Source: Chloroflexia bacterium (GTDB lineage: Bacteria; Chloroflexota; Chloroflexia; QHBQ01; JADMIH01). From it: a DNA stretch of 64,000 nt. Positions 29,610 through 38,799 of this stretch are shown piece by piece. The stretch is taken from the NCBI GenBank assembly GCA_034437815.1, contig DAOTTC010000006.1, forward strand, positions 1,616 through 65,615. Direction: 5' to 3'. The stretch's first letter is position 1. The number at the start of each line of letters is the position of its first letter. Position numbers and translations under genes: made by a program. A model generated the notes under the pieces. It did no database searches. It was not told where the DNA came from and saw nothing but the letters and a program-made list of their open reading frames with translations.

Positions 29610-29612
29610 TTC

Positions 29613-30224
29613 CTAGGTGCGGCGCGCACCGTCTGGGCCGGGCAATTTGTACCCGGGACCGCTCATAGCGGGCGCAGTGAACATGCGGATGAACTCAGGC
29701 TGCTCCATCAATTGCTCATTGGCAGGCAGGAACAGGCTGGAGAGCAGGCGGAGCGCTTCTTCCTGACGCGCTTGGTCATCGCGGTAAGCCAGCTTTATGG
29801 TGTCCAGCAATATGCCCTCGAATAGCCCCGCTATCTGCGCGTTGTACCTGTATGGCATGGTCTTGTCGTTGACCTGTGCGATCTGAGGGTCGCCGAGGTT
29901 GATCAGAGCGTGCTGCAGAGCAGCGTGGTCACCGGAGCGCAGGGCCTGAGCTATCACCAGTGCGGCCCCTGTGGCGTTGGCAGGGTCGGCGGCCACCCCG
30001 CCTACCCCATATAACAGTTGGGCGTGGTACACATGCCGCTGAGCGATCACCTCAGCCTGCTCTTCGATGATGCGGGCGATGTCCTCGGCCAGCGGGACGG
30101 GCTGTGCAGGCGGGGTATCGGCATGTTGTGCCTCGCCCGGCGTGCCTTGAATGTGCGTGTTCGCGCCGGCGGCTTGTGCAGTGGGCCGGTCGGGCGGGTT
30201 GGGCATATTGTCTGTGCTCATCAA
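29613..30224 (-). CDS. Hypothetical protein (203 aa), probably co-transcribed with the TPM gene
   Basis: Its stop lies 4 nt from the start of the downstream gene. No motif recognised. Confidence 0.5.
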   Translation of the reverse strand: MMSTDNMPNPPDRPTAQAAGANTHIQGTPGEAQHADTPPAQPVPLAEDIARIIEEQAEVIAQRHVYHAQLLYGVGGVAADPANATGAALVIAQALRSGDHAALQHALINLGDPQIAQVNDKTMPYRYNAQIAGLFEGILLDTIKLAYRDDQARQEEALRLLSSLFLPANEQLMEQPEFIRMFTAPAMSGPGYKLPGPDGARRT

Positions 30225-30279
30225 ATCTCCTCCATGAAGTTCTACGGAGTGCTAATCAACTGTGCTTGCCAATGCTGTG

Positions 30280-30951
30280 TCAGTTGATGGAGAAGTGGGT
30301 ACCGTCTATTGTGCGGGGTCCGGGGCCGGAGGCTAGTGCGCGCAACACCGGCAGTTCGGCCCGCAACAGGTCTACCTCGGATTGCAGGCGCAGAGCGCAA
30401 CCGGGCATCTCCAGCAGGCGCTGGCGCTGATGCATCGTCACCTGCAAACAGCCCGCCAGTATGTAGGACAGCGCTTCAGGCTCGGTGGGCAGCGGGATGT
30501 CTTTGAGCTGTCTGCCGGTGAATTTCATCAGGTGCTGGGTGTACTCAAGGAACATCTTGGTCGCTGTGGATACCAGAGCCGGGTCAGGTGGGGGGCCTTC
30601 ATCAGGCAGCGCTTTGACCGTGCCCACCAGATAGGGCTTGCTAATGCGGTCGGTGTCCAATATCTGCACGCGCCGCTCGCCCATCGCCAGCATGTTGTAG
30701 CGCTTGTCCGCCAATTCGTGCAGTTGCAGTGTCCACGCCACACACGCAATCGAGTGCGGTTCGGCTTGACCCCCTACCTCCACACCTTCGCGGATGAGGG
30801 CCACGCAGAAGCGGCCATCGGCGCTTTGCAGGTCCTTCACCATCTGCTTGTAGCGCTCTTCGAAGATGTGCAAGGCGATGGGCATTCCCGGGAAGAGTAC
30901 CGTGTTTAGAGGGAACACCGGCAGGGTAAACACGGTGGTCTCAGCTGACAT
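30280..30951 (-). CDS. LON N-terminal (substrate-binding) domain protein
   Basis: LPVFPLNTVLFPGMPIALHIFEERYKQMV is a classic LON/PUA-like N-domain start. No AAA+ or protease domain. Confidence 0.75.
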   Translation of the reverse strand: MSAETTVFTLPVFPLNTVLFPGMPIALHIFEERYKQMVKDLQSADGRFCVALIREGVEVGGQAEPHSIACVAWTLQLHELADKRYNMLAMGERRVQILDTDRISKPYLVGTVKALPDEGPPPDPALVSTATKMFLEYTQHLMKFTGRQLKDIPLPTEPEALSYILAGCLQVTMHQRQRLLEMPGCALRLQSEVDLLRAELPVLRALASGPGPRTIDGTHFSIN

Positions 30952-31200
30952 ATCAGTGTGCCTTCCTACTTCCGGGTGCGAAGCCGACCCTCACCCATAC
31001 CACCGGGTTTGTTTGTCGGGCTTGTGCGTCGAGGTGTCACCCATAACCCAGATTGGTGCAACGATATTATAGCACACGGCACGCTTGAGCGGCCACAATG
31101 GGTGCCGACTTGGGTCCCACCAACAACCGTGGTCTCCAGTCGTTAGTAGTTAGAGCGAACCACCAAGAGTCACCACGGGCACCAAGCCCACTATTGGCGT

Positions 31201-31270
31201 GGAGCGCGGGCGTCTCGCCCGCAGTTGGGTTGGCTTGCTTCGAGGTTGGCGAGATGCCCACCCGCGCTCC
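31201..31270. other. Long imperfect hairpin (19-bp stem with a 4-nt bulge) in an ORF-free spacer
   Basis: ggagcgcgggcgtctcgcc (31201-31219) pairs with ggcgagatg-ccca-cccgcgctcc (31248-31270). Confidence 0.45.
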
Positions 31271-31319
31271 TAATTGTTGGGTGAGTTATAAAGGGGCCCC
31301 GAAATGGAGGTTCTTGCGG

Positions 31320-31345
31320 TATAATTTGTACACCCAATGTGTACA
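31320..31345 (+). promoter_or_regulatory. TATAAT box immediately followed by palindrome TGTACAC-N5-GTGTACA (candidate repressed promoter)
   Basis: TATAAT at 31320-31325; inverted repeat at 31327-31345. No good -35. It lies ~230 nt upstream of the 31557 gene. Confidence 0.3.
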
Positions 31346-31556
31346 CTTAGTGATGCAGAAGCGACAGACATAATTCAAAGGACATCTACTGTCCACCGGT
31401 GCATTTTTAGCTCTGCGCCAAGCACATGGACGGAGGCACTGGAAGGACCGCCAGTTTGAAGTTTGAACATCGCTATGACTCAAAAGGATAGCTCTGCAAC
31501 TGATCTCACAAAGAAAGTCACTCGACACGGCCTACTTATGTAAGGAGGTGTGCCAT

Positions 31557-32198
31557 ATGGAAGAGCACAAAGATCTGAGTATAGTTCGGAACGGGACTTC
31601 TACGAACGTCCTCGCGGCCTTTGACATCTTGCTGGAGCAGATAGATGCCAAGATGAATTCTCTCAACAGCACCGGCGCTGAGGCCTTTAAAGCTGGCAAC
31701 TACGAAAAAGCAAACGGATTGCTCAAACAGGCAGATAAATTCAGGTCGTACCGCAATAAAGTTGTAGCTTTGCGTGAGGAATGGCAACGGTTAAGCTTAC
31801 AGCCAAACTCAAGACCTGTAAGATCCAAGATTAGAACAAGCGGCGGTATGCGAGGAACTTCTAAGCGCCGCGGAGAACGGACCCCGGAACAGGCTTATTA
31901 TATACCTATCCTTCAAGCTCTTACCGAGCTTGGAGGTTCGGCAAGAGTAAGGGAAGTCCTTCGAAGGGTGGGGCAGCTTATGAGACCTATTCTCAAAGAG
32001 AGAGACTATGAGCCCTTGCCGTCAAACCCGCGAGAACTCCGCTGGATCAATACCGCAAAATGGGCTCGAGCCAGCATGGTGAATGAAGGTCTGCTGAGCA
32101 ATGCTTCCCCTTATGGCGTATGGGAGATCACGGACAAAGGCCGGCAGTATCTGGAACGGGAACGGCACCGACAATGGCAGGCTAATACTCGTAATTAG
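31557..32198 (+). CDS. Winged-helix protein with Mrr_N-like C-terminal domain and coiled-coil N-terminus; no nuclease domain
   Basis: AAGGAGG RBS. YYIPILQALTELGGSARVREVLRRVGQLM...LRWINTAKWARASMVNEGLL...GVWEITDKGRQYL resembles the N-terminal wHTH of Mrr-type restriction proteins. The region is AT-richer than its flanks. Confidence 0.55.
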   Translation: MEEHKDLSIVRNGTSTNVLAAFDILLEQIDAKMNSLNSTGAEAFKAGNYEKANGLLKQADKFRSYRNKVVALREEWQRLSLQPNSRPVRSKIRTSGGMRGTSKRRGERTPEQAYYIPILQALTELGGSARVREVLRRVGQLMRPILKERDYEPLPSNPRELRWINTAKWARASMVNEGLLSNASPYGVWEITDKGRQYLERERHRQWQANTRN

Positions 32199-32331
32199 AG
32201 GAGTGTGTGCTGTACCCCGAAAACCGTACATAGAATCGGGCCATCTGTAAGGGCAGCGGCATCAGCTTGCGAAGCTGAACTGCGAACCCGCTCCCTCCAA
32301 ACAGCCCCGACCTTTACGTTAATCGTAAGTT

Positions 32332-35300
32332 CTAACCCTTGAACAGGCCCACTTCTTCCTGTTCTTGCTTCTTGCGCCTTTCCAATCTGGCGTCCTCTTC
32401 TCCCTCTTCTCCTTCGTCATCTTCCGGTGAAGATGCGGATACGCCTTTCCTCTGCGGACGCGTGGTGTAGTACTTGGACTGTGGGTGATGGGTCACCAGC
32501 GCGGCTGTGGACTGCTCAGGCTTGAGCACGTACCCTTCGGTGAGGCCCACCCCGATGGTCTGCTCGGCAGGCAGCACCCTGAGCAGTTTGACCTGCTCGG
32601 AGAGGTCCGGGCAGGCCGGGTAGCCCCATGAATAGCGCCTCCCCTGCCATTCGGGCAGGCCCAGCTCGCGCTTCACCAGCCGATGGGTCCATTCGGCCAG
32701 CGCCTCGGCCAGCGCCACGCTCAACCCGTGGATATAGTAGCCTTCCGAATAGTGGCCCTCTTTCTGCATCCTCTGCACGACCTCGGTGGCCCGGTCGCCC
32801 ATGGTCACCACCTGCAAGCCCACCACGTCCATGCGCCCCGAATCCACCGAGGCGAAGTAGTCCGACAGGCACAGGTGCTCGCGGTCGGGCTGGCGCGGGA
32901 ACGTAAAGCGCACCAGCGGCTCAGGCCGCCCATCTGTAGCCGCCCAACCACCGCCCTGCATGATTGCGGGGTCGTACACCAGCAGGTCGTTGCCCTCGGA
33001 CTGGCACGGGAAGTATCCATATATGACTTTCGGGGTAAGTATCTGCCCGGCGCGCATCTCTACCTGCATGCGCCGCAGGCGGGGCATCAGCTCTGTCTCC
33101 ACTGCCCGCTGGTAGTCGGCCCCGTGCAGTTTATGCGCGCCCCATGACAGCCTGAACAGCGACTTCAGGTCCAGACACTCGAACACCTCATCTAATGGGA
33201 TATGTCGCTGGTCCAGCACCCTGTAGCCCCAGAACGGCGGCACCGGTATGGGCACGTTGGGGTCTACGTTGGAGCGCACCACCGGCGCTCCCGCTTCGTC
33301 TGCGCCCTCCGGCAGGCCCGCCGCCTCCCGCTCGCGGAATATGTACGCCTCGCGGTGCTTCTTCTGGACGAACGCCTCGCGCCGCGCCGCGTCGGTGAGC
33401 GCGTCCATCACCTCCAGCCCCTCGAAGGCGTCTTTGCAGTAATACACCCCCGGTTCGTAGCGCTTGCCGTCCTCCACGAAGCCGATGCGGTAGCCGAACG
33501 GCCTGTTGATGGCCGCCCCGCCCACCAGCACCGGGAAATCCAGCCCGCGCCGGTACAGCTCCTGCACGCACAGGGGCATCTGTTTGGAGGTGGACACCAG
33601 CAGGGCGCTCAACCCGATGGCCGTGGCGCCCACCTCCACCGCTTTGTCTATAATTACGTTGATAGGCACCTGCTTGCCGAGGTCGTACACGGTGTAGCCG
33701 TTGTTGGTCAGGATAGTGTTGACGAGGCTCTTGCCGATGTCGTGCACGTCGCCGAACACCGTAGCCAGCACCACCTTGCCCTTGGTGTAGCCCTCTTTCT
33801 TCTCGAAGTACTTTTCGAGGTGGGCCACCGCCTTCTTCATGACCTCAGCCGACTGAAGCACGAAGGGCAGGATAAGCTCGCCCGCGCCGAACTTGTCGCC
33901 CACGTCCTTCATGGCAGGCAAGAGTATGTCGTTGAGCACCGATACCGCGTTCCGCGTTTTGAGGGCTTCCTCCAGCAAATCTTCGATGCCCTCTTTCTTG
34001 CGGTGCAGGATAGCGTAGTGTATCTTCTGCTCGACGGGCAGAGAGGCCCATCCTTCTTCCTCTCTGGCCCTGCGCCCCTCGCCCTCCGCCGGTTTGTGCG
34101 CCTCGAAGTAAGCGATGTATTCGGGCAGGGCGTTGGACTCGTTGTTGATCAGCCGCTCGGCCAGCAGGCGCTCCTGCTCCGGTATCTCGGCATACGGGGT
34201 GATGTGCACCGGGTTGACGATGGCGAGGTCCAGCCCCGCTTCCACGGCGCGGTGCAGGAACACCGAATTGAGCACGGCCCGCGCATAAGGGTCAATGCCG
34301 AACGACACATTGCTCACTCCCAGCACGGTGAGCGACCCCGGACACTCGGCCTTGACGCGTCGGATGCCTTCCAGCGTCTCCAGCGCCGAGCGGGCCAGCT
34401 CCTCCTGCCCGGTGGTCACCGGGAAGGTGAGCACATCGAATATCAGCGCGTCGGGAGACAGCCCGTACTCCTGCGTGGCGATATCGTATATGCGCCTGCA
34501 CACGGCCAGCTTGCGCTCGGCGGTGTGTGCCATACCCTCTTCGTCAATGGCAAGGGCCACCACCGCCGCGCCGTGCTCCACAGCGAGGGGCAAGACCGCC
34601 TCGATGCGCTCGCGCCCCCGCTCCATGTTGATCGAGTTGATGATGCCCCGGCCCGGATACACCTCAAGGGCGGCCTTCAGTGCCGAAGGCTCGGTGCTGT
34701 CGAACATAAGTGGGGTTTCCACCGCGAGGCTGAGCTTCTTGACCAGTTTGCGCATCATCTCGTCTTCATCGGTGCGCTCGGTGAGGGCCACCTGCACGTC
34801 CAGCACATGCGCGCCACCCTCCACCTGCTCGCGGGCCACCTGCACCACCCCATCGTAATCTTCGGCCAACAGCAGGCGCTTGACCTTGCGCGACCCCTGC
34901 GCGTTCACCCGCTCGCCCACCAGCAGGGGGGGTGGCTCCTGATGCAGGGGCGTAGCCCGGATGCCGCTGGACACGTGCGGCGGGAAGTAGGTGGGGCGTG
35001 CCCTCTGCGGTCGGTCGGTGCCAATGGCCTCCACCAGCGCGCGGATGTGTTCAGGGCCGGTGCCACAGCACCCACCCACCACGCTCACCCCGAACTCGGT
35101 CACGAACTCGTACAGGGCTTTGGCCATAGGCTCTGGCTGAAGAGGATACACAGCCTGCCCGCCCACGTTGATCGGCAGGCCCGCATTGGGTATGCACGAC
35201 ACCCAGCGCGTGCAGTTCTGGGCGAGGAAGCGGATCGGCTCGCGCATGTGCTCAGGGCCGGTGGAGCAGTTCAGCCCGATCACATCCACCGGCAGGGCCT

Positions 35301-35958
35301 GAAGGGTGGTCATGGCGGCCACGATGTCGGTGCCCAGCAACATGCGCCCCGACGTGTCCAGCGTGACCTGCGCCTGTATGGGCACCCATCGCCCGCTCTC
35401 TTTGAAATACTCGATGGCCCCGTTGATGGCGGCCTTCAGTTCGAGGATGTCCTGTGCGGTCTCGATAATCAACAGGTCGCACCCGCCTTCCACCAGCGGC
35501 TTGGCCTGCTCTTTATATATCTCCTTGAGCTGTTGATAGGTGATGTTGGACAGGGTCGGGTCGTCGGCAGATGGCAGGAAACCGGTAGGCCCCATAGAGC
35601 CTGCCACGTATCTGGGACGCGACGGGGTGGAATATTCATCGGCCAGCCTGCGGGCCAGCTGAGCGGCGGTGTAGTTCTGGTGGTACACCTCGTCGCCGAT
35701 GCCGTATTCGCTCAACTTGGGGCGGGTACTGCCGAAGGTGGCAGTCTCCAGCACGTCGGCCCCCGCTTCTAGATAACCTGAGTGTATCTCTTCAATGATG
35801 CGGGGGTTGACCACGCACAGATAGTCGTTACAGCCTTCCAGTTGAGGGCCGCCGTACTCCTCCGCCGTCAGGTTATACTTCTGCACCGAGGTGCCCATCG
35901 CCCCATCGAAGATCAGCACCCGCTCGCGCAAGCTCTCCAGATACGTCTTTCTGCTCAT
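32332..35958 (-). CDS. metH: Cobalamin-dependent methionine synthase
   Basis: Hcy-binding LIFDGAMGT, pterin-binding domain, B12 motif GDVHDIGK, and AdoMet-activation domain. Start ATG 35958 (MSRKTYLESL). Acidic C-terminal extension. Confidence 0.93.
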   Translation of the reverse strand: MSRKTYLESLRERVLIFDGAMGTSVQKYNLTAEEYGGPQLEGCNDYLCVVNPRIIEEIHSGYLEAGADVLETATFGSTRPKLSEYGIGDEVYHQNYTAAQLARRLADEYSTPSRPRYVAGSMGPTGFLPSADDPTLSNITYQQLKEIYKEQAKPLVEGGCDLLIIETAQDILELKAAINGAIEYFKESGRWVPIQAQVTLDTSGRMLLGTDIVAAMTTLQALPVDVIGLNCSTGPEHMREPIRFLAQNCTRWVSCIPNAGLPINVGGQAVYPLQPEPMAKALYEFVTEFGVSVVGGCCGTGPEHIRALVEAIGTDRPQRARPTYFPPHVSSGIRATPLHQEPPPLLVGERVNAQGSRKVKRLLLAEDYDGVVQVAREQVEGGAHVLDVQVALTERTDEDEMMRKLVKKLSLAVETPLMFDSTEPSALKAALEVYPGRGIINSINMERGRERIEAVLPLAVEHGAAVVALAIDEEGMAHTAERKLAVCRRIYDIATQEYGLSPDALIFDVLTFPVTTGQEELARSALETLEGIRRVKAECPGSLTVLGVSNVSFGIDPYARAVLNSVFLHRAVEAGLDLAIVNPVHITPYAEIPEQERLLAERLINNESNALPEYIAYFEAHKPAEGEGRRAREEEGWASLPVEQKIHYAILHRKKEGIEDLLEEALKTRNAVSVLNDILLPAMKDVGDKFGAGELILPFVLQSAEVMKKAVAHLEKYFEKKEGYTKGKVVLATVFGDVHDIGKSLVNTILTNNGYTVYDLGKQVPINVIIDKAVEVGATAIGLSALLVSTSKQMPLCVQELYRRGLDFPVLVGGAAINRPFGYRIGFVEDGKRYEPGVYYCKDAFEGLEVMDALTDAARREAFVQKKHREAYIFREREAAGLPEGADEAGAPVVRSNVDPNVPIPVPPFWGYRVLDQRHIPLDEVFECLDLKSLFRLSWGAHKLHGADYQRAVETELMPRLRRMQVEMRAGQILTPKVIYGYFPCQSEGNDLLVYDPAIMQGGGWAATDGRPEPLVRFTFPRQPDREHLCLSDYFASVDSGRMDVVGLQVVTMGDRATEVVQRMQKEGHYSEGYYIHGLSVALAEALAEWTHRLVKRELGLPEWQGRRYSWGYPACPDLSEQVKLLRVLPAEQTIGVGLTEGYVLKPEQSTAALVTHHPQSKYYTTRPQRKGVSASSPEDDEGEEGEEDARLERRKKQEQEEVGLFKG

Positions 35959-36112
35959 GAACCAGCTCCCTCCACTTCCTACTGATACCTGCTGTAACGG
36001 TGCCGGTATACGGAGCGCGGGTGTGTGGGCAGTGCCGTACCCCAACTACTGCGTGTGATGCGCATATTTGCTTTTGCCCACACAAAGGGCGTCAAACCGG
36101 CACCACTGATTG

Positions 36113-36277
36113 CTTAACAAAAAAGCCTCTCATGGAGAGGCCCTTGTTTTGCCCCTGAACTGAACGGGGGCCAAATCCTTCCCCATAATGGGCTGGGTGG
36201 GGCACCGCGCCTTTGCCGGTTGCCGGGTAGGTCAACGAGCCAGTCCTCTCGCTACCGCTCTCGATTTCTATGCACTT
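36113..36277 (-). promoter_or_regulatory. SAM-I (S-box) riboswitch with intrinsic terminator, leader of metH
   Basis: AUCGAGAGCGGUAGCGAGAGGACUGGCUCGUUGACCUACCCGGCAACCGG...GGUGCCCCACCCAGC matches the S-box core. Terminator gcctctc-cat-gagaggc plus T6 at 36116-36141. Confidence 0.8.
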
Positions 36278-36283
36278 TGCCTT

Positions 36284-36312
36284 AGTCTACCATAGATGGG
36301 CGCCAGCGTCAA
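36284..36312 (-). promoter_or_regulatory. Promoter of the metH leader
   Basis: Minus strand: TTGACG (36307-36312), 17 nt, TAGACT (36284-36289). Confidence 0.5.
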
Positions 36313-36344
36313 GCGCCATTGCAACGTCGGGATCGGGGGCCAAG

Positions 36345-36472
36345 CCCATCCAATATCCAATAGGGGAAAAGGTAAAGAGCCGGGGACACTTATACCTCTA
36401 CCCCGCACCCAGAGGGCACCCGCCGGCAGGGGGCTTAGATCAGCCCCCTGCCAATCCCCGATTGTTGGTAGA
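36345..36472 (+). repeat. Dispersed intergenic repeat, copy 5 (end of module B plus module C variant)
   Basis: ggggacacttatacctctaccccgcacccagagggcacccgccggcaggggg...ccccctgcc...gattgttggta. Confidence 0.7.
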
Positions 36473-36538
36473 AGCTGCAATGCTACCCTATGCGGTTCCG
36501 GCAGTAATCGGGGCTGCAACCCTTGCACTTCCGATAGG

Positions 36539-37348
36539 CTAGCGCCAGTGGATCAGGATGCTTTCGCGGTTGAACAACTTCACCGCCAACCCAAGCACCG
36601 CGAGGTCCACCAACCCAACGGCAACCGCTGTAACCAAGATGAACCCCACGCTCATCTGCACCAGCCCCACTATCTGCCCCACCAGAGCACCCAGTATTGG
36701 AAGCACTATCAGCGAGCTGAACTGTTGAGCGCTCTGTGGTTCCCTGACCTTGGACGATATTATGATGCCCACGCCGACCGCCAGCATTGCGAACAGCGGC
36801 GTGAGCATCAGCATGCCGAGCACCCACGTAGGGCCTACTATCAGCTCGGCAAATAACGCCCGATCCAACAGCACCCACGCCACCAGCGCAAAGACGTCGA
36901 ACCCCAGCCACGTAGCCAGCAGGGCCGGCAGGGCCGCCGCCAGCGCCTTGCCGAGCAGCAGTTCCCATGTATGAATGGGCGTGGCAAGCAGTGCCTCCAA
37001 CGACCGGCTCTGCTTCTCCCCGACGATCGAATAGCTCGCTATGGTCATCGGCACCACCAGCGGTATCAACTGGAACAACAGCAGCAACGGGCTTAGTAGA
37101 GCGCTTTGCACCATGGCCGCACCACTCCGATAGGTTGCTTGGTGCCCTTGGGTCCACAGTGGGGCCAGTGTACCCTCTATCTGCGAAGAGGTCGCGTGCA
37201 ACAGCGCGGACAGCAAGAGGACGGCCACACCCACCGTCACCAGCAACACCGGTGGGGCTAGTATGGTGAACAGCGCAACCTTGTTTCGGCGGAGTTGCGC
37301 CCACTCGTTCTCCATGATTGCGGTTACGTGATGGTTCAGCAAGAGCAC
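36539..37348 (-). CDS. ABC-2 type transporter permease (alternative start 37315)
   Basis: Six hydrophobic segments. It lies downstream of the ATPase in the same orientation. Confidence 0.7.
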   Translation of the reverse strand: MLLLNHHVTAIMENEWAQLRRNKVALFTILAPPVLLVTVGVAVLLLSALLHATSSQIEGTLAPLWTQGHQATYRSGAAMVQSALLSPLLLLFQLIPLVVPMTIASYSIVGEKQSRSLEALLATPIHTWELLLGKALAAALPALLATWLGFDVFALVAWVLLDRALFAELIVGPTWVLGMLMLTPLFAMLAVGVGIIISSKVREPQSAQQFSSLIVLPILGALVGQIVGLVQMSVGFILVTAVAVGLVDLAVLGLAVKLFNRESILIHWR

Positions 37349-37468
37349 ACCGACCTTACGAGCATGAAAGTGCTACTACCCACTCTTTTCGAAGAGACTG
37401 CAAAAAGACAAGAGAAGATAACCTCATCTTACAGCCTCTTTACGACAATTGGCCTAACAGGCACCGGC

Positions 37469-38557
37469 TTAATCGGACGCGTCGCCATCAAAGCGGGCCA
37501 CCAGATCGAGGTATGCACGCTCCAGCGGGTACTCGACCTCGGCTACCCGCACTATGTCCGCGCCCAGCGCGACCAGCAGGCGCACCACATGAGGTATCAC
37601 GTCGTCCGGATCGAGCGCGGCGACCAGCAGTGTATCGTCTGATACCACTACATCACCTACGCCCGGAACCCCGGCTACCAACACGGCCAAGTCGTTCAAC
37701 GACCGACCCTCGAGTGGCTCATCAGGCTCTCCCGTACTATGCATGCTGGCAAAGCCGGGGCTTGCATCGTCTGTGAGGCTCCTGTCCGCCGCCACGCTCA
37801 GGGCCACGGCAAGCCGGGCATCGGTTGGGGCTTGCAGGCGGGCACCCTGCACCTGCCTGACCCGTATCTCCACCTGCCTGCCGTACAGCGAACGCTGCAA
37901 CTCACGCGGGGTGCCCACCCGCAGCAGTGTGCGCTTGATGATAGCCACCCTGTCGCACAGGCTCTGGGCTTCCGACAGGTTGTGGGTGCACAGGAGAATC
38001 GTGCGCCCCTCGCCCCTCAGCGAGCTGATGCAGTCTCGCACCACCTTAGCCCCTTCCGGGTCCAGCGCCGAGGTAGGTTCGTCCAGTATCACTACTTCGG
38101 GGTCATGCAGGAGGGCGCGGGCAATGCTCAGTTTCTGCTTCATCCCTTTGGAAAAGCATGCCGTGACATCATGCCGCCTGTCCCACAGGTCGAACAGCTT
38201 CAGGTAATGCTCGGCCTGCCTATCGGTCGCCTCGGCGCTCATATCGTAAAGTTTGCCGTAAAACCGCAGGTTCTGAAGCGGCGAGAGGCTCTCGTACAGC
38301 CCCGGAGCCTCCGTCATGATGCCCACCCTGCGCCTTATCTCCGTCTGGTGCCTTCGGATGTCGTGGCCGCACACCCATGCGTCGCCGCCGCTGGGCGACA
38401 GCAGGCAGGCGAGGATGCGCATGGTAGTGGTCTTGCCCGCGCCGTTAGGGCCGAGCAGGCCGAAGATCTCGCCCTGCCTGATCTCAAGGTTGAGGTCTGT
38501 GATCGCTCGGTGCGCTCCAAACCGGCGCTCGAGGCTTTCGGTTATAATCGCGTGCAA
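37469..38557 (-). CDS. ABC transporter ATP-binding protein with C-terminal accessory domain
   Basis: Walker A GPNGAGKTT, signature LSIARAL context, Walker B VVILDEPTSALD, plus a ~120-aa C-terminal extension. Confidence 0.87.
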   Translation of the reverse strand: MHAIITESLERRFGAHRAITDLNLEIRQGEIFGLLGPNGAGKTTTMRILACLLSPSGGDAWVCGHDIRRHQTEIRRRVGIMTEAPGLYESLSPLQNLRFYGKLYDMSAEATDRQAEHYLKLFDLWDRRHDVTACFSKGMKQKLSIARALLHDPEVVILDEPTSALDPEGAKVVRDCISSLRGEGRTILLCTHNLSEAQSLCDRVAIIKRTLLRVGTPRELQRSLYGRQVEIRVRQVQGARLQAPTDARLAVALSVAADRSLTDDASPGFASMHSTGEPDEPLEGRSLNDLAVLVAGVPGVGDVVVSDDTLLVAALDPDDVIPHVVRLLVALGADIVRVAEVEYPLERAYLDLVARFDGDASD

Positions 38558-38766
38558 TGTTACCTTCTGTCCAACGGATAGTGCAGGCCGGGCTGTAGGC
38601 CCAATGTGGCAAGAGGCCAGACCCGGTGGGTGCGCCTCTTGCCTCAGCTATTATACCCTTTTGGCCGGCACCGGCCAATGCCAAGCCGGTACTAGTAATT
38701 ATAGGACTTTATTCTAAGGCTCAGTCTCCGCCGTGAATCTCGCCAAGCCGTGTTATACCGATCCAC

Positions 38767-38793
38767 CCATAGTGCCGATTTATGGCACTATGG
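38767..38793. other. 10-bp-stem hairpin upstream of the ABC operon
   Basis: ccatagtgcc gatttat ggcactatgg. Confidence 0.4.
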
Positions 38794-38799
38794 GTGCAA

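Noticed and set aside
33202-35772. 856-aa plus-strand ORF, the longest unexplained ORF in the track
   Set aside because: It lies entirely antisense to metH, whose product is unmistakable. Its His/Arg/Gly/Leu-rich composition without any motif is typical of the shadow frame of a GC-rich gene.
36050-36280. Cobalamin riboswitch upstream of B12-dependent metH
   Set aside because: No B12-box-like sequence is present. The leader instead matches the S-box/SAM-I core and is duplicated upstream of the YitJ-like gene.
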